DNA from: Malacoraja senta
Taxonomy: Eukaryota
NCBI GenBank assembly: GCA_038087875.1
Contig: CM075993.1
Location: 4,714,001-4,774,000, forward strand
Direction: 5' to 3'
Length of the DNA: 60,000 nucleotides
Below the pieces are notes generated by a model that made no database searches, was not told the DNA's origin, and saw only the letters and a list, made by a program, of their open reading frames with translations. A program made the translations under genes and the position numbers. Positions within the stretch are counted from its first letter, which is position 1, and the number at the start of each line of letters is the position of its first letter. This document shows positions 36,401 to 48,400 of the stretch, in pieces.

Positions 36401-39400
36401 ATGGTAGGGTGAAGATTATTCCATGCTTTAATTGTGCGGGGGAAGAATGAATTGCTGTACACATCTGTCTTGGCAGCTGGAATCACAAATTGGATTGAAT
36501 GCCCTCATCTGCTCCTAATTGGTTTGGGTTTGGTGTGGGTTTTGTAATCTATGTCGAGCTGACCCTTTAACATTTTGTAAAAACAGGTCAAACGGTGAGC
36601 TTCACGTCTGTCTTGGAGAGGGTTCCACCTCAGTGAACTCAGAAGTTTGGCAACACTCACTTCTCTCTAATAGGTGTTAGTAACAAATCGAGCTGCCTGT
36701 CTTTGGACCTTTTGAAAAAGGTCCTTTTGAACCTTTCCCCTCACGTTAAACCTATATCCTCTGGTTCTTGATTTCCCCTACTCTGAGTAAAAGACTCTGT
36801 GCATTTACCCTATCTATCCCCCACATGACTTTATACAAGATCACCCCTCAGCCCCCTGCGCTCCAAGGAACAAAGTCCTAGCCTGCCCAAACTCTCCTTA
36901 TAGCTCAGGCCTTCAAGTCCTGGCAACATCCACATAAAAAACTAAAATAGTCTTGCCTAATATTGCATAACACTGAATACGACCAGCTCTCTCACTGCTT
37001 GACAGCGACAGTCATAAGAGTTAATTGTATTAAATTGCTTGGTGCTTCTTTTGAAACACGATTGTTCACTGTTATCTCATGATGAAAATTATTAATCATT
37101 GAATAAAGCATGAATAATTGCCATCTGGTGGTTTGTCAAATATATGATCACTGAGGTGCGGTATATCAGTCCTGAGGAATGCAATACTGTCTACTGAGCT
37201 CCCAGTGTCAGTCTCACAAGCTCTTGGGTAATTTTTCTGAACGCATGAGAAGCTCTTCGGCCAAACATAATCAACATTTTAGCCCCAAATGTACAATATA
37301 AATAAAATCATAGTCACCCAACCATTTAGTAGCTGAAGCTTGAATGCCAACACATGCACTAACCTTAGATACAAACTGTCCCCTGTAGCAAGTCAATAAG
37401 AAAAGGGGAAACTTTAAGAGCCAAGAATTTAAACATTCATAACACCCAACATAAAATGTCAATTTAATACAAATGCATAGTCTCTTGGGCTCTCGAAGTG
37501 TTCCCCATTTCTGAGTGAATTACTGATTTATGATCTACACCAGACATAGAATTTCCCATCAGTGCAAGCCATTTCTTCATAAAACCTGCAATAATCTCAT
37601 CACGGTCGACAATTCTTTTCTGTAACTGCCACTACTCATTAAGGACATGAAGCAAACTGACAGATGATGATAGGACACTGAGAAAACCCGCTGGCCCCGA
37701 TGCAATTTGAGAAAGATACAATCTATTCCGACATCAAGAAAATAGATGCATTGCCCACTACATCTACATATCAGGCCAAGCAGTGCTTGTAAAATCCCTT
37801 CCCTGAATAACTGCACTGAACCCAATAGTTTTTTTTTTAATGAATAGCAATCTCTTTTGATGAACATGAGAAATATTACACTCCAAAAGGAGAAATTAAA
37901 TTGGGCAGTTGATGAAGTTTTGGAATCTTTAAAAATCAGCTCAATTGAAAGCTGACAGCTTAACAATGTAATTACATCTCAAGTAAAGGTAGCTTGTTTT
38001 TACAAGTAACGAGTATTACAACACTGATGGAACAAGCATATACCTCACAAATGTATGAAAAATGAATGCTTCTGCATTCAGCATTCAGCATTCAGGCAGA
38101 AATCTGCCAATCTCTGTATCTACTGGAATAATCGATCAGTCTGAAGAAGGGTCTTGACCCGAAACGTCACCCATTCCTTCTCTCCACAGATGCTGCCTGT
38201 CCCACTGAGTTACTCCAGCATTTTGCGTCTACCTTCGGAATAATCTATCTTCTGGTGCATTCCACTGTGCCCAAGTCATGTCCCCATCCTGCGTCTCTGT
38301 CGTCTACTTTTAGTCTCCATGCCGGATGTCTAACCTCAGGCTCCTTCTTGATATTCCACCACATTCAAAACTGTATATTTTGTGCTGTTCCCTTGTTTAA
38401 TTACATTACAGAATGAAAGATAGTCCTTCTACTTAGGGCGCACAGTGGCGCAGCGGTAGAGTTGCTGTCTTACAGTGCTTGCAGCTCCAGAGACCCGGGT
38501 TCGATCCCGACTACGGGTGCTGTCTGTACGGAATTTGTTCGTTCTCCCTGTGACTGAGTGGGTTTTCTCCGAGATCTTCGGTTTCCTCCACCACTCCAAA
38601 GACGTACACGTTGGTAGGTTAATTGGCTTGGTATAAGTGTAAATTGTCCCTAGTGTGTGTAGGGTAATGTTAATGAGCGGGGATCGTTGGTCGGTGCAGA
38701 CGAGGTGGGCCGAATGGCCTGTTTTCACACTGTATCTCTAAACTAAATTACTTGACACTTCAACAGAAGGCAAGAGCTCGGAGCATATTTATCTAGATTC
38801 TTCAATCTTTGCAATTGCTTACTCATTCAATGGTCATCCAGATTTTCCAACATTTATTTTGCTCCAAGACATCTTTATTATTATAATTGGCAACATTTAT
38901 AATTCACTTTCATTCTTTATTTGCAACACAGATCTGATTGCCCTACCAGAAGGTATTATGTCATCACAATTGGAAGCAATGTGCAGATGACACATTACAA
39001 ATCAGTCCAGACTTTGCCTGTACAATGTGTGCACAATGTCTTTGGGGATCAACTTGTATAAACAAGATGAAAATATTTTGTTTATTAACTTGTGGGACAA
39101 TGAAAATTCCTCTCACCTTAAAATCTGTCTTTCAGTGCAAAACCTAAAATCTGAATACAGGCAATTTAGCTCTGAAGTGGAAGGAGTCAGTGAGAATCGA
39201 GTACTTTCAAGAAATAAATATTCACATTTTAATGATGTGCCTTTAAAGAAAATTGTATATTCACTTTACAACCATAATTATTTAATTGGATGATGTAATG
39301 ATAATTACAGGAGAGCAGGTGCAATAAACTCTGCTATTTTAGTTTTACCGAATTAGAATGTTAATCACAGAATCATTAATCTGCAGATCAAAAAGAAGCT

Positions 39401-42400
39401 ATTATGCCCTTGGCAATATAACAAGGCATTCCAGACTTATCCCACTTCGCTGCTTGCCTTTAAGATTCAAGTAAAGGAGAAACAAGGAACTGCAGGTGCT
39501 GGAATCTGGAATGGAATACAAAGTGCTGGAGTAACTCAGTGGGCCAGACAGCATCTATGGCGGACATGGATAGGTGGCATTTTAGGTCAGGACCTTTCTT
39601 CAGACTGACTGTAGTGGGTCAGAGAAAGCTAGAAAGGACTTCTTCTTCTTCTTTCGAGTCCATCTTGTTACAAATGTTGACGTTGCTGTCGTCGTCCATC
39701 CTGAAAAGGACGCAAGCTTCCGGCGACAATCGGTGGGAGCCACCACTTGTTACAATAGATGATGGTGGAAGCAGAATTAGCTCAGGATACTTCCAGTTTC
39801 CAGCCCCGCGATGTGGACGCTTCTGAAGAAGGGTCTCGACCAAAACGTCACCCATTCCTTCTCTCCAGAGAAGCTGCCTATCCCGCTGAGTTACTCCAAC
39901 TTTTTGTGTCTATCTTTGGTTTAAACCAGCATTTACAGTTCCTTCCTATATCATGCTAGAAAGGAGCTGGGGACAGGACTAAGCATGGAAAGTGATAGTT
40001 GCACTTCAAATAATCATGGAATAAGCATTTCTTGCAGTATTTCCAGAATCTGTTGGTGGTATCATCTCTGGGCATTGAGGTCCCAGAAACTGATGGAAGG
40101 CCAAGAAGCACTGCAGCTTGCTAAATAACCTTGCGCTTAGTATGAGGTCTTGAATTTCTGCCACCTTTTTCTTCTACTGAAGAAAGTCCATTGGTGCAAT
40201 GAAGCAATGTGTGCCATCAGGGATCTTGCTTTGAACCTTCATTGTTAGAGCACAGTGTTATACAGCAAGGACAGGTTGGGTGAGAATCTTTGTCTTCCAC
40301 ACGTTGAGTATGCTTGTGAATGAGTCAACATTAGCTTGTAGCTTGGCCTCTGAGCATAATGCAACTCAATCATACTCTATATTCTGCAGCTCAATTATTG
40401 AAGGCTTGGCTAACCTTGTCTGCTATTGAAGGTAGACAAAAGTGCTGGAGAAACGCAGCGGGTGCGGCAGCATCTATGGAGCGAAGGAAATAGGCAACCT
40501 TTTGGGCCGAAACCCTTCTTCAGACTATTGACATGTTTTTGAGCTAACAGTTGCATGCTACCATAAAAAGATTGTAAATTGGAGATGCATTTCTGTGGAA
40601 CTATATTAGACAAAACCTCCAAAATCCTTGCCAACCAATAAATTCAAAGGCCACACTGTGGTGAAAAAGGGCCATATATACAGTAATGGTTAATGCTGTT
40701 CCGTCTCGTGGTGAAGATGACACCCTAGATGGATGGAATCCACATGAGCCGTACAATGGAGTCCAGACCCGGTATTCTAATTCTGACCTATCAAGCTCTT
40801 GGTTTGTCAGTTTTCAAGTTCATATCATTGACTGCATATTCTCTCTTATTTGCTCTCCCCAAATTAATGGCCACACATCAATAGTTTATTCACTATTTAA
40901 TATTTTAATAGTGAATGAAATATTGGTGAGTATTAATATAGTACTAAAAAATGTGTATTTTAAGGATGAAGCAATAAGAGTGTGATTTCATGTAATTTAC
41001 ATGAATCACAAATAAAAATGAGTTCACAAACCAGCTGATAGCCATGACAATTATTCTTTAAAACCAATTAAAACTCAGCAAAAAACGAATAGCCCAAAAT
41101 GCGACCACCAATCTGGGAAATTCGTTTTAGTGAGCCAGATCATACAGAAATGGTCACTTCCAGACAGAATATACTTCCAGACCGAACATTTAACAAGAAC
41201 ACAAATCTGACATCAAACACCTTGTGCATATGAACCTTACTTGCACTGAACTTGAATAGCTTCCAGACTTTACGACCTTGACCTACAGGGGCAAGGGACT
41301 AAAGACAGGCAAGTGTCCTTAGAAGAGAGGCCAGTAAAGTAACTCTCTGTTGAAGTGGCAAGACATGAACATTTTGAAAAACTCATACTAGCAAGAAATG
41401 AGAACTCTATAGGCACTCAATGTTTAACCACATCACAGCTTCACTTTGAAGGCTTATTGATGCTGACCATATACTGTAAAGGATATGTCACCAAATTTAC
41501 TACATATTTTCTTACCCTGTCTGCTGACTCTTTTTGGAAAGTTTTCGCACAACAATTAAAACAGGGGTCCAATATTAATATATTGCTTTAAATTTCATAT
41601 CAGCACAGAAAATTAAAAAAATCACTGTCTCCAAATTTGAAAGTTAAAAACTCACTGTCAATATACAAGACTGTTAAAGATTGGTTTATTGTTACATAGC
41701 ATACCTTAAAGCTGCCAATAGAGGTATCTTCATTCTGGTTCTTTAACTTTTCTGGTGTATCTGTAACACTATCAGAACTGGGACTTGTTTGTTCAAATTC
41801 TAGGTCTCCATTCAGTGTAACTGAGAGTCCATTTTCCTTATCACTGTCATCCTTAAGACTGAGATACATCGTCCCCGATGTCTTGGTGACGTTCACAGCC
41901 ATTGCGGCAGAACGCGACCGGGTCGTTCTTCCACGATGCACCGTCTCCCATCCTTCAGTATCTTTCCTGTCTGTAAGAAATTGAAGAGAGAGAGTACGAC
42001 TACATAAGAATGTGTTAATCTATAGCTCCACGATCGTAAAAACAGATAGCATCGAAGAATGGCATGGATCGAGTTTCCACCCATGAATATTGCAGGGTCC
42101 CAAGTCTCATGTGTACAATTAATAATAATCTTCATGAATAAATATCTGAGCTTTATTTAGAGTCCTATATATTATGTTCCCATTGTCCAAAATAAAACAA
42201 TTATTTTCAACATAAAGCCTAGATAACTATTCATAAAGACATTTCCCACAACTATACAACCAGCCACAAGGCTTATGACCTAAAGGAAAAAATATAATAA
42301 TAAAGTACAAAAATTGACATATTTGGTTTAAATATTCTGTCGGAGCCAATGTAATTTTTTCTTGATGAGTTCACTGGCAACTGCAATTCATCATTAATTA

Positions 42401-45400
42401 AAAAAATCACTACCAAGACTTAAATGTTCACCAAAAATTAATATGATTATTATTGAAAAGCAAAATGGAGACTATTATCTAAACATAAATCTGACTTGCT
42501 CTATGAATGGGTGTATGGGTGGACAGCATCAGTTTGGCTGCAATTGTCCCTCTGATCAAAGAAAAAAAAAAGCAAAGCTTTACTCAATCAAACAGACCAA
42601 AGGCACCAAGACCTCATAACTCAAACCCTAAATGGTCAAGGATTATTCAATCAATTCTGTCGGTACCAGAAAGACAGGATTGATTATCAACCTCTGATAG
42701 AGATCAGAAAAAAAGTGTCAAAAATAAATAAGTTAACTGGTCAATATACAAAATGACATACATCATACGGACATTACCTACGAGAGAGATTGTGCTGTTA
42801 CTGTGGCTGCATCATCTATCAATGATGCTAAACAAAAGAGTATCAGTTTTCACCATCTTCCACAAACCTGATCACTGCTATCAAATATCAGCCCCTCTGC
42901 TATGGTAAGCATATAAGGTTCCCAGCTTCGTCTTATACTTATAGTGTAGTCATGGAGAAACTGTGCATAACCATTGTCGTATCCAGCAGATGTTTGTGAA
43001 CATGTCAGATTTCACCAAGAAACAGATGGTGACCAGCCCAATCTGTGAAGGAAGCTCATTTCTGCATTGAACATCTTTACACTATCAACACTATGGCTTT
43101 TTAATGACAAATTCTGCAAACTGGAATATCTGCGTCCACCAACACATGATAATAGTGGGTGAATCAGCTCAAATCATTGTACACACAGGAGTTAGAGTTT
43201 TGAGGTAAAGATATAAAGAGCTAAAAATACAGATAGTTAATTCCAGAAATGGAACAAATGTGTTTATTTTTTGCAAGGCAAGGAAAAAAGAAGCGGTCTC
43301 CAAGACTGGATATGATCAATTAAACACCAGGTAACCAGACACACACTAGATGGGATGTTTTGGAATACGGGCTGGGTGAAAGATGGATGGAAACGTTGTT
43401 TATGGCATACATCTTAATATGCAACTTGGTAGAAAATAAGCAATTTGAACTGCCACGGGGAAACATTTACACAACTTCCTGTGGAGTCAGAAGGAAGTCT
43501 TAGGTGCCAAAACATCAATGCTTCATGTCAAGATATTCCCAATCAAATTGACACTGAAAAACCTATCAATCATAATCAGCTGTACATCTATGAATAGTGA
43601 CGCATCAACAAAATACTGGAAATACTCTTTAGGTCAGGCAGCAGAGAAAGAAATAGTTAAATGTTTCAAACCAATGACCTTTCGAAGAACTGAGAGGGGT
43701 GGAATATTGCAACCTTCACGTGGTCCGCCCATGTTTCGACTAATGCAATCAACTCGAAGTGCACAAACGGAAGATCAAATAGAACAAGTCCTACAACTTT
43801 AGGCTGTGCACGCCACACGAAAGAAGAAGAACTGAGAGTTATATAGGACCTGACCCAAAACATTGTCCATCCATTTTCTCCAGAGATGCTACCTGACCTG
43901 CTGAGTTACTCCAGCACTTTGCGTCTTTTTTGGCAAACCAGCATCTGCAGTATCTTATGTTTACAGTTTAACACCTGGCATGCTTTACGTTGCACAGTAC
44001 AAAGGGAATGTCTGGAGACTATGAGTGACTGAATGGTGTTGGGTGCAGTTGATAGGGGATTATCATAGCTCGTTAATTGCAATGATGTTTGCAGATGAAG
44101 CAAATAACTGACATAAAAAAGTGTTAAAAAAAAAGTGCTGGAACAATTTGATAAAATGAGTAGAAGCAAAATGCCACAGATACTAGAAACCTGAAATCAA
44201 AAAAATGGATGATTCAGGGAATGGCCAGTACTCGGGCAGCATGTGTGAAGAGAGAAACAATGTGAATATTTCAGGTTGATGACCGTTCATCTGAACCGGC
44301 CAGTTCCGATACAAACTAGGGAGGCTGGTTATCGGAAAGTAAAAGTATTATCTTCTGCTAGTTATTGGCATTCAGTGTTTGGTTCCAAAGGCAATAATGC
44401 GGTGGTTCAGAAGATGAGATATTCTTCCTCAAGCTTGTCAGGCATCAATGTAAGTGGCTAACAAACTGAGGTCAGCAAGGAAGCAGGTTAGAAAATTAAA
44501 GTGACAGTCAACCGGAAGACAAGATCAATGTTCGGAAACTAAGTGGGAGTGTTCTTCTTCAAAGTAGAGGAGAGCACATCATGAGCATCAAATAAAAATA
44601 TACTAAAATGGAAAAGGTGCAACATTTATTTTTGACACCATTTTTTTCTGGTTGCTTCAGCTGGAAAGAAAGAATGGGTCCCTGGACAATGAAGAAGAGG
44701 TAAAAGCATTGGTAATGCACCCCTGAAGTCGCACGAGAGGTGCAGAGGGTGCCGATATTCATTCTGGATGGAATGGCCCCTTCAAATTGCAGAGTGCGAA
44801 GGGCAAGATAGGCATGTCATGGTACCATGACAATGGACAATGTCATGGTACCATTGTCAATGTACCATGACATTGACAATGGTAGAAATCAGAGAGGATG
44901 ATCCTTTGACCATGGAGGCTGGTGGGTAGAAGACAAGGTGGGAGGAGAAAGAGACAAGAGCAGATCATGATGAACAGATTAGGTTTAGTACTCTGTGTGT
45001 AGGAAGGAACTGCATATGCCGGTTTAAACCGAAGAAAGTCACAAAATGCTGGAGTAACTCAGCGGGACAGGCAGCATCTCTGGAGAGAAGGAATGGGTGA
45101 CGTTTCGGGTCAAGACCCTTCTTCAGACCCGAAACGTCAATCAGGTTTAATAATGTAAATAAGGTTTATTTAACCTATCTTAGATTAGTACCCAGGAGGT
45201 TATGAAGAAGCAAAGTAAGTCATGGGTTACAATCCTATCAATAGCATACCTTACAATCCTATCAATCCACAGCTATTTTGACTGCACCACCTCCCATCCT
45301 GCTTCCACAGAGCACCACATTCCAATGATGGCGACATTTTCCACAACAATGCTTCAAAAATGTATAGCATGCAAATATGTCCTTTGGCTCAACTCATCCA

Positions 45401-48400
45401 TGCTGACCAAGATGCCTATTTACACTAATCTCGTTTTCCTGCATTTGGCCTGTATTAGTTTCTTATCCAGACACCTCAAATGTTTTTTTTATATTGTAGT
45501 TATACCAGCTTCTGTAGCTCCTGTGGCAGCTTGTTCCATAAAGCCATCATCTTTTTAGACTTCCCTTCCTTGTGACTATCTAACCATCCCTCAGCCTCCT
45601 GCGCTCCAGTGAGAACCCTCCCAACCTATCCAATCTCTCTCTGTAAGTAAAGCAGATAACATCCTGATGAATGTCATCTGCACTCTTTCCAGTGCTGGAA
45701 TTGTTCAACCAATTTTGCTCCAAGTCTATCACATCCTGTTGTTCGGGATCCCTCTTGCACAGCAATGAGCAATGCTCCCATCACAATGTTAATTTTTTTC
45801 ACTTCTTCAAAACATACCAGGACATGTCTTAATAAAACTTGCATTCCCAGCACAACCTTCATTTACATAAGCCTTATAAACTAAGCAAAGGAAGTCAGAA
45901 TGTAAATAACTCTTCTTGTATCAATACGATGATTGAATATATGATGTAAACAAGAGTCACAGGGTTAAACGATGCCAAGGAGATTTCAGGGAGATTCAAT
46001 CCCAGACAGACCTAGCAGTGTCGCCTGAGGCTGCCGAGTGCCTACTTGGTTACGTTTGCGCATAGCAGACTCTAGATAAAGCAATCTTTACATCGCTATT
46101 TCTAGACTATTTCGCTTTTACTGAAATTAATTGATGAAAGTGGTGATATTCCCCAGTCCCTCAACAGCAGATTCCTCTTCCATGACATGTGTTGGAGCAC
46201 TTGCAGAAAGGGTGGCAATGTTGTGTAAAGATTATGAATCTGTGTCATCAGTAGAATCCACAAAAGAGTAATGTTATTATACCATGGGCACTTTGCATGT
46301 AGAATCTTATCCAGTGAGAAAATAGGAAACATCTAGTTAAAATGTGCAGCTTTGAAAGAGTATTTTTTGAAGTACCTATTATTAAATATAGGTTAGGTAC
46401 ACAAAAATGCTGGAGAAACTCAGCGGGTGCAGCAGCATCTATGGAGCGAAGGAAATAGGCAACGTTTCGGGCCGAAACCCTTCTTTGATTTTCCAGCATC
46501 TGCAGTTCCTTCTTTAACATTAAATATAGGTTATTAGTTTAGGAGATACGGCATGGACAATACTTTTTACAACAGTAAGATCTGGTTGAAAAAGCTCTGG
46601 GACCTTTGCATTCAAAAACCTCACACAAACTTTCCAAAGTTTTCCCAAAAAATCTAAATGTATTAATCCATTGCAAAATTATGCATTATTTACATTTTTC
46701 CTTTACGACATATAAATCTGAGCAGTTCAGCAACCAGTGGAAAGTTTTTCTTTATAAAATATGGCATTTTTTGGAGAGATATGAATACCCTGCATAGCGT
46801 AACAATAAATTTTGTTTGTAGTTTTAAGACCAAGTTTAGTTATTGTGCTCACTTCACGATTTGCAATGGGTAAAATAAATTAGAATCACTAAATCCTAGT
46901 CAACCTAGAATATTTTTGAGATCTGAATTAATTTATGCAAGTGTGTAGATGTGTCTGATTCTTGATAGTACTGTGCTATGTTACATAGCTGGACATTTGG
47001 TTAACTTAGAAAATGTAAGGAAACAACAAATAGCAAGTTCATATAAAAACCTTGAGTAACTCAGTGTCCATCTTCAGTTTAAACCAGCATCTGCAGTTCC
47101 TTCCTACACAAGTTCATATAACTTTAGTTCAATTCTTCTTCAATTAAATTTCAAAATAAAGAGAAAAATAAGAATATTATAACTGGGAGTTGTATAATTT
47201 TCCTTCATTCCAAAAGAAAATACATTTCCCTACCCAATATAGACACAAAATGTTGGAGTAACTCAGTAACTCCGGAGAGAAGTAATGGGTGACGTTTTGG
47301 TTCAAGACCCTTCTTCAGACTTACCCAATCCCTGATGGTGTGACTGAGCGTGTTTACACATAAGGAACTTTGATGATTTTTGCATTTTCTGATTTTTAAA
47401 TGTTATGATAACAAGATAACTCACCATTTGGATGCAATCTAATCCGCTGTGAAGACTTCTGATTGTGCTTTGGTGCCGCAGTCATACTTGCTCCATTAGC
47501 TTTTACTTTGTCTGCCCAACTGACACCTGTTGAAGCTAGACGAGCTACTACCAAGGCTGGAGGAGCTGCCCTGAATAGAAAATGTTTAGACTCAGATGAA
47601 AACCATGAGGTGAAACATTCACCATAACAATTATACACTGGAGATAAAAAGGATGTCGAGACTGGGATTCCTAACTTAGCTCTAAAGACCATCTGTCTAA
47701 TTTACAATGCTCCTCAAAATTTACAGGTGTACCACAACTAACTTATGATAAATTTTCACTCTTTTTCATGGTTGACTGTTCCTAATTAACCAATTAACCT
47801 CCCAGTCTGAATTTGGGATGCGGGAGGAAATCAAAGCATCCGACGAAAACCCACACATTTACAGGAGGGACATTTAGACTTTTTACAGAGAGGCCCAAGA
47901 TCATGAGTGAATCAAAGTCATTTGAGAGCAACAGCAGCATTACCTGCTGTCCTTATCTTTAACTGGCAGACACTGAACTACTCTCTATATCTATGCCCCG
48001 CCATTAAAAACATTTAATTAAATATGCCAATGTGTCACCACTAACTCTGCCTTGTACCAAGTCTGCTACGTGTTAAAAAAAAGACACAAAGTGCTGGAGT
48101 AACTCAGCCAGTCAGGCAGCATCTCTGGAGAACATTGATAGGTGACGTTTCAGGTCGGGTCCCTTCTAAATTGATACAATGGATACTTTTGTCATATATC
48201 CAACATAATTTTAGTTTCAGTCTCCAATGCTGTTTATTAATAATGAACCCAGTAAGGCAAGGTGCAAACAAATTAAAATGGCTTTATATTTATCTCAGTT
48301 GTTCTGTGATGCTGGTTGCAAAGTTGAACTGTTGTATGAATTTCATGTAAATCTGCATGTCAATACCAGTCAACATTTACAGCCCACTTTGATAATCAAT

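Noticed and set aside
10156..46520. Recurrent ORFs such as MLKKELQMLENRRYTKMLEKLSG as a small gene family
   Set aside because: They are translations of the non-coding Penelope pLTR repeat.
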